A DNA stretch of 64,000 nucleotides from Octopus sinensis (taxonomy: Eukaryota), in NCBI RefSeq assembly GCF_006345805.1, contig NC_043017.1:13764001-13828000 (forward strand). The letters are read 5' to 3'. Positions 37,636 to 51,302 of the stretch are shown here, in pieces. Both the position numbers and the translations under genes were made by a program. How positions within the stretch are numbered: position 1 is the first letter of the stretch; each line of letters begins with the position of its first letter. The notes below the pieces were generated by a model. That model saw only the letters and a list, made by a program, of their open reading frames with translations. It made no database searches and was not told the DNA's origin.

Positions 37636-40600
37636 ATACCAAAATAATTATTATTAAGGCGGTGATATGACAATCATTAGTGCACTCATCAAATGCTTTG
37701 TGTCATTTCTTTTGGCTTTAATTTCTGAGTTCAAATTCTGCCAAGGTCAACTTTGCCTTTCCTCTTGAAATAAGTACCAGTTGAGTACTGGGTTGATGTA
37801 ATCGACTATACCCCTCCCCCCCAAATTTCAGGCCTTGTGCCTATAGTAAAGATTATTATTATTATTATTAGCAGTAAGGCAGCGAGCTAGCAGAACCACA
37901 TGTTGGACAAAATTCTTAGTGGAATTTCTTCTGGCTTTATGTTCAGTTTGAATTCTGCTGAGGCCAACTTTGCCTTTCATCTTTTCAGGGTTGATAGAAT
38001 AAGTTCCAGTTGAGCGCTAGGGCCAATGTGAAAGCAATGGACGTGATAGCAGATAAAATGGGTGTTAAACATTGAGTTTAGCAGAGGGGAGAGAATGCAT
38101 GGCTGGTGGAAGATAGTGAGGAATGGAAGTGGTTCTGGGGCAGTGGTGAGAAAGAAGAAGAAGGTAAAGAAAGGGAGGGGATGTAGTATGTGCCTGTTCT
38201 GCTCTCCAGTGATTATGGTAGTTGAATAATACCAGAGATAAGGAAGTAATGAGTGTTATGGAATGAGATGCGGGTGGGGGGGAGGGATCTTGATGTGGTA
38301 GTGAGAATGGAGGTGGGCATAGCTAGTATGCTTTATTGGATGTGCAATGCCAGTGTTCATGTACTTCCGAGCACTCGTGTGTAAAGAGAAAAGTTAGGCT
38401 TTAGAGTTCTGTTGTGGCGAACAAGTTTTCTCAAACACGGCAAGGTACCAGACATGCTGGTCCTTTCTCGTCTCCATAAGGCTCAGCATCTTGAGATCAG
38501 TCTTCAAAACTTTGTCCTATGTCTTACTTGGTCCCCTCTTCCACAAGTTCCATCCATTTTAAGTGATCAGCACTTCTTTATGCAGCTGTCCTTGTCCATA
38601 CACATCACATCACAGAACCAACACAGTCTTCTCTCTCGCCACCACTTCTAATTTCTCTTAAGCCTAACTTTTCCCTATCACTCTGAAGTACATGTACACT
38701 GACAATACACATCCAATGAAGCATAGTAGCTTCCTTCGACTCTAGTCTTCACGTGTCCTCTGCAGTTAGGGCTCACATCTCACTACCATAGCTGTTCATA
38801 CATGAGCATCATACAAGTTTTCTTACATATACATGTAGATACATATAGGTAGATAGAGGTTGTAGAAATTTAAAACCCTTTTTATCTCAACCTTCCTGAA
38901 ACCACTCCTTTGTGTTGTGAAATACTCAAAACAGTCAAATTTATATTAAAATTTTAATCTAAATCTCATTTAATTCCAGAAGGTTAATGTAAGATTTCAG
39001 AAGGTAAAAATCTTTTTGTTTTACAAATAGAATTTTAAGTTTATATACACCAGGTGATTTCAAAGTCTCTTTAGTACCAACATAAATCACTTAGTAACTG
39101 AGATCATTTGAGCTTCTTAACCCTTTTGTTACCAACCCGGCTAATACTGGCTCTGGCTCTTTAGTACAAATGCCTAGTTTTCAAAAGTTCTGAATTAAAA
39201 TCTTCCACCAAACCTTAGTCACAATTTATGTCCCTAAAACTAGCTTAATTATAACGATTTTATTTTACTAAATTCTTTGTTATATTTAAAATAATTGGAA
39301 GAAACACAGAGCCTCTGAAAATAAATACAGTAACGAAAGAGTTAATATTGCTCACCATATTGCTCCTTCACACCTCCCATCTCTTCACCATGGCTTTCCA
39401 TTAACTTCCCTCTAACCCCAGTCCTCTTGTTGAATACATTCACTCAGGAATTTCAGGATAGCTGGTCTAATGACCTAGCTGCTTGGACCACCTGCCAGCT
39501 GGACAATTGACCAGGATTACCATTATATTCCACTTTTAGAACAATTTAGAATATTCTCTATCTTTTGACATTTTTCTTAAATACTTAGGATACTAAATAA
39601 GTATGACTAAAAATATTCACAACAAAATGACAAAGATATTCCACTTGTGACCATTCCATGTTTTTATTCAGACACCAGAATATAAAAAATAATATATAAA
39701 AACCAGAATTATCTAACTGCTGAAGAGACTTCTGAATCACTCAGTATTTTATAGATGAAAATATTTATTGTTTCAGAAATTAATTCAAACCATCTGTTAG
39801 CATATACTCATTAGAAATATGGTCGTGAAATGTTTTGAGTCTATGCACATATTTTTACAGTTTTAGTTTCCTTGCTATTGTCAAGAAATGTTAGTGTTCC
39901 ATTGTTTATGTGCTGTCAGTCTTGGAGAGATGCCCGACACGACTTTGGTGAACAACCTCACTGCTCAATTCTTGCGAAGCTGTTTTTGAAGTTTGAAAAA
40001 GAAAAAAAGAACAACTCTTTTGTTTCTACTTTACATTAATATCTCTGCAACAACTTTGCCAAAATGTTTTTTATTAGGTTGGGTTTTAAAAATTTAAAAA
40101 ATTTTTTATCTTGAACTTCTTCAGTGCTGAGTTTTGGGAATATTTGGTGAATAATGGAGCAAATGTCACCTCTTAACCCTTTTGATACCAACCTGCCTGA
40201 AACCGCCTCTGGCTCTGAAGTACAAATGTCCTGTTTTCATAAGTTTTGAATTAAAATCTTCCATCAAACCTTAGTCACAATTTATGTCCCTAACATTAGC
40301 TTAATGATAACTAAGTTATTTTACTAAGTTCTTTGTTACATTTAAAATTAATTGAAAGAAACACAGAGCATCTCAAGGGTTAATGAGCAGACCAGATTGA
40401 GAATCCTCCACTTGTGACCATTCCATGTTTTTATTCAGACACCAGAACCCTCTTTTGTCTTTAGCTTCAAATCACCTTCAGTATTGAACACCTTTGCTCA
40501 TAAATCTGTTTGATTTATGATAGAGCAGATTTTTGTTCCAGCCTTTAGCTTCTATCCCTTTTTTTTTTTTTTTAACTCCCAGGCATAGTATGTGTTTCTT

Positions 40601-41864
40601 TATTACCCACAAGGGGCTAAACATAGAGGAGACAAACAAGGACAGACAAATGGATTAAGTCGATTACATCGACCCCAGTGCGTAACTGGTACTTAATTTA
40701 TCGACCCCGAAAGGATGAAAAGCAAAGTCGACCTCAGCGGAATTTGAACCCAGAATGTAACGGCAGACGAAATACGGCTACGCATTTCGCCCGGTGTGCT
40801 AACGGTTCTGCCAGCTCGCCGCATAGTATGTCTAGCACTACACTATCTAAAGTGTTCTTTCTGTTTTTAAATGGTAGGGTATTATTCAGCTGCTATTTCT
40901 AGTAAGTTGGGTCACCCTAAATGTTGGTTTTGTTGGTTTGTGTTTACTTAATTTTCCAATATAGCTTTTTTTATATCTTTCAAAATTATTCCAATTATTT
41001 AAAAAGCTGTCTAACAGCTTAAACATCTCTGTTCTAATCTTTCATGTTGTCGTCATATAATTGTTGATAAAATACTTGCAAACTGATACGAATACGCAAT
41101 CAGTAACTATGTCTATATTTTAGACTTGCCAAATAATATTTTTTAATTCATTAGAATAATCTATGCAGTTAACTTCATTATTTTAAATGAATTGTTGGCA
41201 ATTTTTGTTCAGGCACAAGCATGGCTGTATGGTAAGAAGTTTGCTTGACAATCACATAGTTCCAAGATTAGGCCTCTGAGTGGCGGCACCTTGAGCAAAT
41301 GTCTTTTATTATAGCTCCAGGCAAACCAAGGCTTTGTGAGTGGATTTGGTTGACAGAAACTGAAAGAATCCCATTATATATATAGTTGCGTGTTTTTGTG
41401 TTTGTCTCTCTCTGCCACTTGACAACCAATATTAGTTTGTGTATGTCCCTGCAAATTAATAGTTTGACAAAAGAGACTAGTAGAATAAGTACCAGGCTTA
41501 AAAAAAAAGTAATACTCATTGATTGGACTGAAACCTATTTCTTTATTACCCACAAGGGGCTAAACATAGAAGGGACAAACAAGGACAGACATAGGTATTA
41601 AGTCGATTACATCGACCCCAGTGCGTAACTGGTACTTAATTTATCGACCCCAAAAGGATGAAAGGCAAAGTCGACCTCGGCGTAATTTGAACTCAGAACG
41701 TAACGACGGACGAAATACCGCTAAGCATTTTGCCCGGCGCGCTAACGTTTCTGCCAGCTCGCTGCCTTTGAAACCATGTATCTGTTTTGCGCCAGATAAC
41801 CACTAGGGCCCCTGATATTGAGTTTGAAATAAACCCATGCCAGTATGGCAGTCAGACGTTAAAT

Positions 41865-42266
41865 CATCATTATCATTTAATATGCATTTTCCCATGGATT
41901 GGACTGTTCAACAGGAGCTGTCCAGACTTCAGTTGTCTGTTTTGGCATGGTTTCTGTAGCTGGATGTCATTCCTGATGCCAACCACTTTTCAGAGTGTGC
42001 CAGGTGCTCTTTGTGTGCCACTGGCACAGGTGCATTTATGCAGCACCAGCATGAGTGCGTTTGATGTGGCACCTGCAAAGGACATGCTTGTATGTATGGA
42101 TGACCACATTTTACTTAGCTTGATGCATCTTCTCAAGTACAGCAAATCACAACTCCTGGTCCCTTGTCAGTTCCTCAGTGAGCCCCAGTGTCTGAAGATC
42201 CTTTCTCACCACTTTGTCCCACATCCTCTTGGGTCTACCCCCTCCACAAGTTCCCTCCACAATCAG
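41865..42266 (-). mobile_element. RTE LINE 3' fragment; further RTE 3' pieces at 3443-3480, 34447-34632, 38330-38820, 42920-43110, 47600-47890, 58045-58430
   Basis: LIVEGTCGGGRPKRMWDKVVRKDLQTLGLTEELTRD plus the shared 3' UTR and catcat tail. Confidence 0.8.
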
Positions 42267-45070
42267 AGATATGGATAATGGATGATTCACTCTTTAAATT
42301 GCTCTTTATAATGTTCAATATAATTTTCAATAAAAACTGTCCCAGTTAATTTTATAGCAAGTTTTGGTATTTAAGAGCACATTTAATTTCATTTGTGATA
42401 TCTGTCAAATATGTGCTTTATCATTGAGAATATCTCTAATAAGGCTGTGTGAAAAGTAGATATGGTGTTTACCAGTCAATCTTTGTCAAGGACTTTTATA
42501 CATTTACTGTCTTTGTACCAGTCTCACAATGTTAAACTTTCTGACATCCATCCAAAACACTACATCTAACCATACCAACACCTAACTTGATAGCTGACTG
42601 TTAACACTACTCTATTAATTAGATTGATAAAAACAAATGTGTTTAATTAATATCTTCATGTCATTACACGAGCTGTTTTATTATTTTCTTATCATTTGTC
42701 TCCAGGCCCATCTTGTCTCTCACAATCTTCAAAATATTTAGTTTCTCTCAGATGCTGTCTAATGTTCATTGTCTGAGACAGCTTTATACTTGTGGTCAGT
42801 ATTAAGAGAGGATTGCTATATAGGGAGATCAGCAAAAACATTATAGATATGGATCAGTGTGTTTGTCTCTTTTGTATTTGGGTTCCAGTCCTGCTTAGGT
42901 CAACTTTTCCTTACACACACACACACACATCATCATTTAACATCTGTTCTCCATGCTAGCATGGGTTGGACGGTTCGACCGGGATCTGGGAAGCCAGAAG
43001 GCTGCACTAGGCTCCAGTCTGATCTGGCAGTGTTTCTACAGCTGGATACCCTTCCTAACGTCAACCACTCCGTGAGTGTAGTGGGTGCTTTTTACATGCC
43101 ACCGGCACACACTCATTACATAAAGATTGCAGTAGCATGAAACTCAAGCTGCAAGTTAAACATTGTTTCAATAAACCATATGATAAATTTCATGCGTGCA
43201 CACACACACACGTGTGTATGCGTGTATTTTTTTAATTGTGTATGTGTGTTTGAATCCTACCAAATTTCATGAACTCTGGGATCAAATTTATGGCTTAAGT
43301 TGTTATTTCCATATACATAAACACATTTATATAACCTATATGCAATTAGATGAAGGCAGTTAACCCATCATTGGCCAAGACTGTACTTCAAGCCAATCCA
43401 AAAACACAGTCTTCAGTGCTGCTACTACTCTTAATAATAAATATGTCACTAGAAATCTGCATCCTGGTGTGTTCGGGGTTTCTAATAAAGACCATTATCA
43501 GTAAATGTGTTGACATGTTTAACAATTTGTTGTTTTCTGAAATATGGTTTATTTCAAAGCTTTCTGCTACAAATATAGATTTTTGAGGTGAAGTTCATAA
43601 TTTAATGTGTAAACAGTTCAGTGAAGTGTTGGGGAGTTTATTTCTTATTGGCTCCATATTACAAATCTATTTCTTAAATTTGTTCTTTATTACTGAAGAT
43701 GTCGCTGGTTGTTTGTATTTTTTATTTTTTATTTTGTCTTTATTGTCATTATTGTCATCATCACCTTCAGCAATATTGCTTTTGATTGGATGCTGTGATT
43801 ATTGGATTTTTGATCTGTAATTGATTTCTGCTCTATTCTGCACAATTCTTTAAAAAAAAATAATAAAAGAAAGGATAACTGATGCAAACTACTGCTTTCT
43901 ATGGAAATTCTTAAATGAAGAATCTGTACCACAAATGTTGATACAATGGAATGAGTGTGTGTGTGTGTGTGTGTGTGTAACATTAAGTGGCTGTGAAAAC
44001 GGGAGGCCCAAGATGTCGAGGACATTATGTTGATGTTTAATGGTGTCTGATAGATACTAAACATAAGAAATGGGGGAATGTGAAGGACATATACTCTGGT
44101 ATATGATAGTGTATTTCTGTGAAACATGAGGACAGTGGACGCATTTGTTATTGTTATTGCTGTTAGTCAGCTCTCATAGATAGAGCAGATAAACCTCTGA
44201 CTAAAAGTATTCCAACCATGACCATCTTGTTATATTTTCCGTCATAGTGTAATTGATCCTTTCTTTTAAAGATGGTAGAGAAGATATAATTTGAAAGAGA
44301 TTTGGCTGCTGTTTCCAGCAGGTCAGGTGACATTATAGTGTGTTGGTGCTCGTTTTACACATCTTTGTGTTTTCATGGATTAAATGAATGCTTATTATTG
44401 GGGTGTTATCTTATAGCTGGATGCACTTCCTGTTGCTAACCTTTGTTTTTCAAGTGAAGCTTCTTTCATTCTAGATGGTTTTGAAGGTGTGAAGGGAGAA
44501 CGGCCAGTAGCAACTGTCACTGGATGTTGAAGCTTCTGTATGATGGTGTATGTAAACATACACATACACACACCTGTATATATGCTCAATTTAGTTTCAG
44601 TTTCTTATGCCAAATCCACTCACAAGGCTTTATCAGCCCAGGTCTATAAAAGAAGACACCTAAATGCTGTGTTGTGGAACAGATTAACTATACAACTATA
44701 GCTGTGTCTATATGTCTGAAATCTGGACACAGCAAATAGCAGTGTGTGTGTGTGGTAATGGAAGCTAGCTGTAAAGAGATCAATCAAGCAAGACTTGATG
44801 TTATTTAATATTCTGTATTGGATCTTATCTTTGTTCCAGTTTGTTTCCCAGCTGCTCTTCTATACTTACAAGGGTTGGGCGGGTTTAAAACCTTATTTAT
44901 TTCCTTATTCAAACTCTGTTTATTACGTTGGACATTTGGCTCATGATTGTAAGGTTGTGAGTTAGATTCCTGGCAGTGCGCTATGTCATCAAGCAAGACT
45001 CTTTAGTTTCACATTGCTCCAGTTCACTCAACTGGCAAAAAATGAGTACAACCTGTATTTCACAGGGCCA

Positions 45071-45430
45071 TCCGCCGCCGCCGTGGTGATCTCATTCTCG
45101 CTCACAACATCATAAGCGGAAAGTGTAACCTCTCGAAAGAGCTGTTCTTCACTCCTGCTCCAGAGCGTTGGCTGCGGGGTCATTCCGAAAAGCTCTACCT
45201 GCGACGATTTCATCTCAATCGAAGGAGAGGAGCTTTCTCCGTCCGGGTTGCGGATCCGTGGAACAAGCTGCCAGACGAGATGGTGAAGATGCCGATGACC
45301 CCTTTGTTCAAAGTCTCCCCTGACCTCAAGTGGCCTGAACTCTTTACATGAACACCACCCTGTACATAACTCCATGTCCCCCTACATGGCCTTGCTTTTT
45401 GCTTTTGAGCCAAAAAATTAACTAACTAAC
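45071..45430 (+). mobile_element. CR1-clade LINE 3' end (ORF2 C-terminus to stop 45351, 3' UTR, (TAAC)n tail) inside a SINE-D copy
   Basis: 45073-45351 reads RRRRGDLILAHNIISGK...LRGHSEKLYLRRFHLNRRRGAFSVRVADPWNKLPDEMV, the classic CR1 RRLRGD/RGH/RV..WNxLP signature. It is missing from the ORF track because it has no ATG. Confidence 0.9.
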
Positions 45431-48174
45431 ATTCTGTGTCATGCTTATCCTCCCCAAGAACTATGTTATGGATATGTGTGTCTGTGGAGTGTTCAGCCAC
45501 TTGCATGTTAATTTCACGAGCAGGCTGTTCCGTTGATCAGATCAACTGGAACCCAATGTTATCGTAACTGACAGAGCCAGTTTTTTTTTCTGTTTACTCT
45601 TGATATAACAATATTTGTTCCTTGTTTCACCAGTAGGTTGGGTCTATAGCCACAAATTGAGAGCTGGTGTGCAATATTTCTTCCCTTACAGTAAAAGCAT
45701 TTTACTGTGAAGTGTGTTGCATGATTCTTCTCTCTCACTAATTTTGCCTTACTAGTCCTACTTAGTGAGACAATCTACTTTGGAGATTAACTAAAAAGAT
45801 TCGTGGTTCTAACCACATTGTGGATTGAGCTAATGTGATGAAAATATCAATTCTAAGGCTGTTAGACCATGTTATTGTTGTTGGCTACAACAGCAGACAT
45901 CTGTGTTCAAAGTTGGTTTTTTGTTTTTTTTTGTTTTAAGGCAGTGGTTTTCATCCAGGGTCCATGTGGCCCTGGTGGTCCATATAAGATTTTTAGGGGT
46001 CCACGCTAGCAAAATAGTAAGTTGGGATCCATAATAGTATTTTAAGGGTTTATGAAAAAAAATTTTGCTTTAGTTGTATTTGTTGCAAGAAGCAGCTATG
46101 TTGCTTTCTCAAACATTTTGCATAGTTTGACAGGTTTCTGGCCCTTGACGCATGTTCTCTCAGTGAGTGCTATGGCAAACCTATGCAAATGGACTTGTGA
46201 GAAAGAAAATAAGGATTTTGAAAGAAACATCTATAAAACTACTTTTTAAACATTTGAACAGCTCTGGCAGGGTCCACTACAATAAGATACTAATCAAAGG
46301 GGTCCATAGGTGAAAAAAAAAAAAAGTGGTTGAGAACCACTCTGTTAGGGTATCAAGGATGGTATTATTTAAGGGAGATTTAGCTGCTATTTCCAGCAGG
46401 TACTTAAAAATTTATTATGCAGAATTATGCAATATCTGTCTTTACGTATTAGCACTTGCTGTTTTATAAACGAAGAATCGGAATGAATTAGTTTCAACAC
46501 AGGAACTAATCTTCTCATCAATTCACTAATGTAGAATTGTCAAGACTTGTGCCATTTTTTAACCCCCCCCCCCCTCATGCACAAAAAAAAAAAGAAACCC
46601 TGAAAATCTTCCATTGCAACATTAAGTGGGGAAAAAGAATTATTGAATTTTTTTTCTTTTCCTTAATCTGAATTTTTTCTTTTTTTTAAGTAAATCCACT
46701 TATAACTAGTCAAAAAAGTTTTTGCTTTTATTTTAGACTAATTTTGTATTAGTTTTCTTTCTTTCCTTTTTCTTGCAACACTTATTAGCTTAACTTTATT
46801 TTCTTTTCTTAATTGCAAAGAACATTTTCTTAATCTAATATCAGTTCTCTTAATGAAATTCAGTAGTGTTTCTACTTGGAAACTGAAACTATTACACCTG
46901 TGCTGTATAAATTCAGATGATTATTTTGATATCACCAGTTAGCTTGAATTTCACAGTCTGTTTCTCTACATTCTTGGCTAGTTAAGTTGCTTGTTTCTAT
47001 GTGCAACATTTTGGTGTTAACCATCAAATGTCTTGTCAGCCATATTGGAACTTACATGTTCAAAATAGGGAGAGGAAAAATTTTGGTGGATTGTTGAATG
47101 TCATTGCTGGGAATTAGGGAATGAAACCAAACGGTGATGTGTTCTATACTTTCTGGTCCCTACTGTTGGACTAAGAGCTTGTATGTGTCATTTGGTTTGG
47201 TTTCTATGGCTGGATGTCAAAATGATTTTGGTAACCCCCTAAAGAGAATCTTTGGTTGTCAGTCTGTATTTGGGTGACTTTTGGCTGGGGAAATTATCGA
47301 AAGGGTCAGCTCAAAAGTCGTATGTGTGTGTACTTCAATACATTATAACTGAAAGGCTCTGATTTCCAGTACTTAGAGTTACTAATTTCTGGTCATCAGC
47401 TGGTAAACCAAGCTGTGAGTGAATGGTTTTGTTTAATCCTAGGTCAACCCCAATCCAATCATTTTTGCTGTGACCATCTATCTCTCTTAATGTATAATAT
47501 CACAGTACTCTACATTTGTATTGAGTCTTATAGTTTTTCACTTTTGGCAAATCAACCGAGATTTATCTCTCTCATGTATGTGTATATATATATATATATC
47601 ATCATCATTTAACATCGATCTTCCATGCATACATAGGTAGAACAGTTCATGGGTGCTAGCCAGATAGATGGCAGCGTTTTTACAGCTAGATGCCCTTCCT
47701 AAACACCAAAACACTCTGCAGAGTGGATCAGTGCTTTTTACGTGGCACTAGCACAGGCAAGGTTAGTTTTGGTCTGATTTTTACTGCTGGGTGCCCTTCC
47801 AAATACTAACCACTTTACAGTGTGGACTGGTTGCTTTTTATGTGACACCAGCACTGGCAGGGTCACCAAGTAACTTGCAAGACAAGGAATTATGAGAGGA
47901 GTAGGGGCATTTGAGGAAGGGAACCTGTGTCAGAGAAAGTTATATATATATATATATCAAATAAAATCAAAAACAGAACACAAAGGATGTCGCGGTACAC
48001 GTGTTTCAAGTTTTATAAACGATCTATTCTTACATCAGTGTATAATAGATATAAAGGATGGTTTAAAGCTCTCTTCAGCTGCATGCATTGTTATTCCAAA
48101 GAGTTACATCAAACTATGAAAAATATGAAAAGTACATGTAGTATTACCTATAATAAAGTGCTTACACTTATCAA

Positions 48175-48223
<49 letters not shown>

Positions 48224-49307
48224 TATAATATGTTGGCATATTTACTAGTGTTAATTTATTACAAAACATCATTCATAGTTAGTGTAATATTCTAGTAATG
48301 TAAAAGACGAGAGATTAGAATATGTTTACTTTTTCTCTTATATACAAAATAATGTTGCTGGTGGGGTTGGATTATATAATTGAGATTTCATTGTGCTTGT
48401 GTAGATATGTTAAGTTGTCCACTATTTCACACTCTTAACGGAAAAAAATGTGCAAAGCCATTATAGGATGTTATATAAATATCCTTAGAATTTGAGTTTG
48501 TAGTTATATATTTTGTTGCCATCAGCTTTCTTGCCTTGTTTCAGTCATTGGACTGCAGCCATGCTGGGGCATTGCCTTGAAGGATACCGTTTTTTAAATC
48601 TGATTTATTTTATCAACCTCTTTTGATGAAGCACTAAGTCATATGGACGTAAGCAAACCAGAACCAATTATGATGTACTGGGTGGGGTGAGTGTATGTAC
48701 ACACATGACAGGCTACCACACAATTTTTGTATACCAAATTTACTCACAAGGCATTGGTCAGCTTAAGGCTGTAGTAGAAGACAGTTTCAGCAGGTGCCAT
48801 GCACTGGGACTGAACTCAAAACCTTCTGATTGCAAAGCAATCTTCTTAACTACACAACCATGCCAGCAACTTTCATGAAAAGTGCTAGTCATGACAGTAC
48901 AATGTGATTTGAGGGATTTTTAGCTGCTATTTCTCTAGAACATTGACTACAAACAGACTCCTTCTGTTGTAACAGGTGTTCTGTAGATGAATAGTTCCCA
49001 CTTCCTTTTTAACCCTAACCCCAACCTCTAAGTGGGAAATCTTCAGTTAGGATTGCCTGGGGCAGCTATAATATTGGACCCTAAAAGTAATGGGTGCAAT
49101 CAGATTGAGTCAATTCTAATTGTAATTTTTATACTCCATAAATCTTAGTGCCACATACAGTATTGGACCTCTTGCACACCCCTATCATCTTTTCCTGACA
49201 TGTTAGACCAAACTTCCTGTTATCAATTGTATCAATTAGTAATTATATTACTTAAATGATTAACTAAATGACTGTTAATTTACTTTGTCTCTTTGTCTTC
49301 TGTCCAG

Positions 49308-49361
49308 CCCACACACACAGCCCTTACTGTATGGAGAGAGAAACTTGGTGGATATGGCCAG
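49308..49361 (+). CDS. Putative exon E4, PTHTALTVWREKLGGYGQ
   Basis: Very strong polypyrimidine acceptor (tttactttgtctctttgtcttctgtccag|), donor CAG|gtgaaa, 54 nt, phase 0-0. Confidence 0.65.
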
Positions 49362-50035
49362 GTGAAAAGTTATTTTATGGTTGGTTTGTGTATGGGTGTC
49401 ACACCTTGCAATAGGTCTTTAAAAAATATCTCTAACTGAGGTAATAAGAAGATGTTACCTTTTTTGCACCCACTATTATGGTATTAGGAGAATCTGTTTG
49501 TGGGTGGAGAAGGGAACTTACCTCTTCAACAGTTTGACATCAGTTTCTTTGCATTAGGAGGTGAACCTCTATCTTTTTAAGGTGTGTGCAATATTGTCTT
49601 TTGGAGGTGTAGTCTAGTGTTGTTTTGGAGTTATTTTTGTTTTGTTTTCACTGTGTGTGAATTGCGTCATTTTGTTGTTGTTGTTTTTGGGTGGTGGTGT
49701 CTGGTTTGCGGTGTGTTGTAGTGTCTGGCTGCGCTGTTTGAGTTGCGCTCTGTGATTGGGTGGCTGCTGTGGAGAATGCGAATTATGTGAATGATTAGCA
49801 TTACTGTTATTATGATTCTAGGTTAGAGATGCAGGTAGAGAAAGTTATGCAAGAGATATAAATAAATAAATGTTGTGTTTCTGTTGTAAACTGTTGGTAG
49901 AGTGTTAACTTGGATTGACAGAGGTTGCTGAAGTAATGTTATGCCACTTTAGGAGAATGGTAACATGAGGTGAGGAGTTTGTTGATATATATATGTATGT
50001 ATATGTATATGTATATATATATATATATGTATATA

Positions 50036-50108
<73 letters not shown>

Positions 50109-50204
50109 GAGTGATATGTATATGTATGTATATATATATGTATATGTATATATATTATATGTATATGTATATATGTATATGTATATATATATATTATGTA
50201 TATG

Positions 50205-50256
<52 letters not shown>

Positions 50257-50434
50257 ATATATATATTAGGAGTGGCTGTGTGGTAAGTAGCTTGCTAACC
50301 AACCACATGGTTCCGGGTTCAGTCCCACTGCGTGGCACCTTGGGCAAGTGTCTTCTGCTATAGCCCCCGGGCCGACCAATGCCTTGTGAGTGGATTTGGT
50401 AGACGGAAACTGAAAGAAGCCTGTCGTATATATG

Positions 50435-50474
<40 letters not shown>

Positions 50475-50917
50475 CGTGTTTGTGTGCTGGTATGTTTACA
50501 TCCCCCGTCACTTAGCGGTTCGGCAAAAAGAGACCGATAGAATAAGTACTGGGCTTACAAAGAATAAGTCCCGGGGTCGATTTGCTCGACTAAAGGCGGT
50601 GCTCCAGCATGGCCCCGGTCGAATGACTGAAACAAGTAAAAGAAAGAATATATATATAGGGTTATTCAAAAAGAATGAACTGATTTCATTATGCAATATT
50701 TTAATAAGGAAAAGCAATAGAAAACTCCAGCTAAGTCACAAGTATTTACTCACAATCAACTTTTATATCTGGTCTTACAAGTGTTCAATGTGGCCACAAC
50801 CTGCAGCATGAGCAACATCAATGCGATAATAGAGTTGACAATAGTTTGTGAAGAAACTTTGTTAGATAGAATTTGTATGGAAGTCTGCGTGTTTGCCTTT
50901 AATGTTACGTGGCTAAA

Positions 50918-51302
50918 GTGGAGGCGCAATGGCCCAGTGGTTAGGGCAGCGGACTCGCGGTCATAGGATCGCGGTTTCGATTCCCAGACCGGGCGTTGTG
51001 AGTGTTTATTGAGTGAAAATACCTAAAAGTTCCATGAGGCTCCGGCAGGGGATGGTGGTGATCCCTGCTGTACTCTTTCACCACAACTTTCTCTCACTCT
51101 TACTTCCTGTTTCTGTTGTACCTGTATTTCAAAGGACCGGCCTTGTCACTCTCTGTGTCACGCTGAATATCCCCGAGAACTACGTTAAGGGTACACGTGT
51201 CTGTGGAGTGCTCAGCCACTTAGACGTTAATTTCACGAGCAGGCTGTTCCGTTGATTCGGATCAACCGGAACCCTCATCGTCGTAACCGACGGAGTGCTT
51301 CC
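50918..51302 (+). mobile_element. SINE-A full-length copy
   Basis: 13-bp TSD ttac(g/a)tggctaaa. Confidence 0.9.

Noticed and set aside
39920-39990. CpG-bearing patch after an AG in intron 3 (SWRDARHDF...)
   Set aside because: The available donor gives phase 1, which is incompatible with E4-E5 in the main frame.
47985-48050. Hammerhead ribozyme in Penelope-like ends (minus strand ctgatgt...gaaacacgtgta; also 32810-32840 and 24870-24910)
   Set aside because: The core is broken (CUGAUGU, GAGU or GAAC in place of CUGANGA/GAAA), and no stem I can be formed.
49010-49027. Telomere-like (TAACCC)n
   Set aside because: Only 2-3 imperfect units.
51013-51255. Recurrent ORF MVVIPAVLFHHNFLSLLLPVSVVPVFQ... 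found six times
   Set aside because: It lies within SINE-A. Identity reflects recent amplification, and it has no consistent ATG start.
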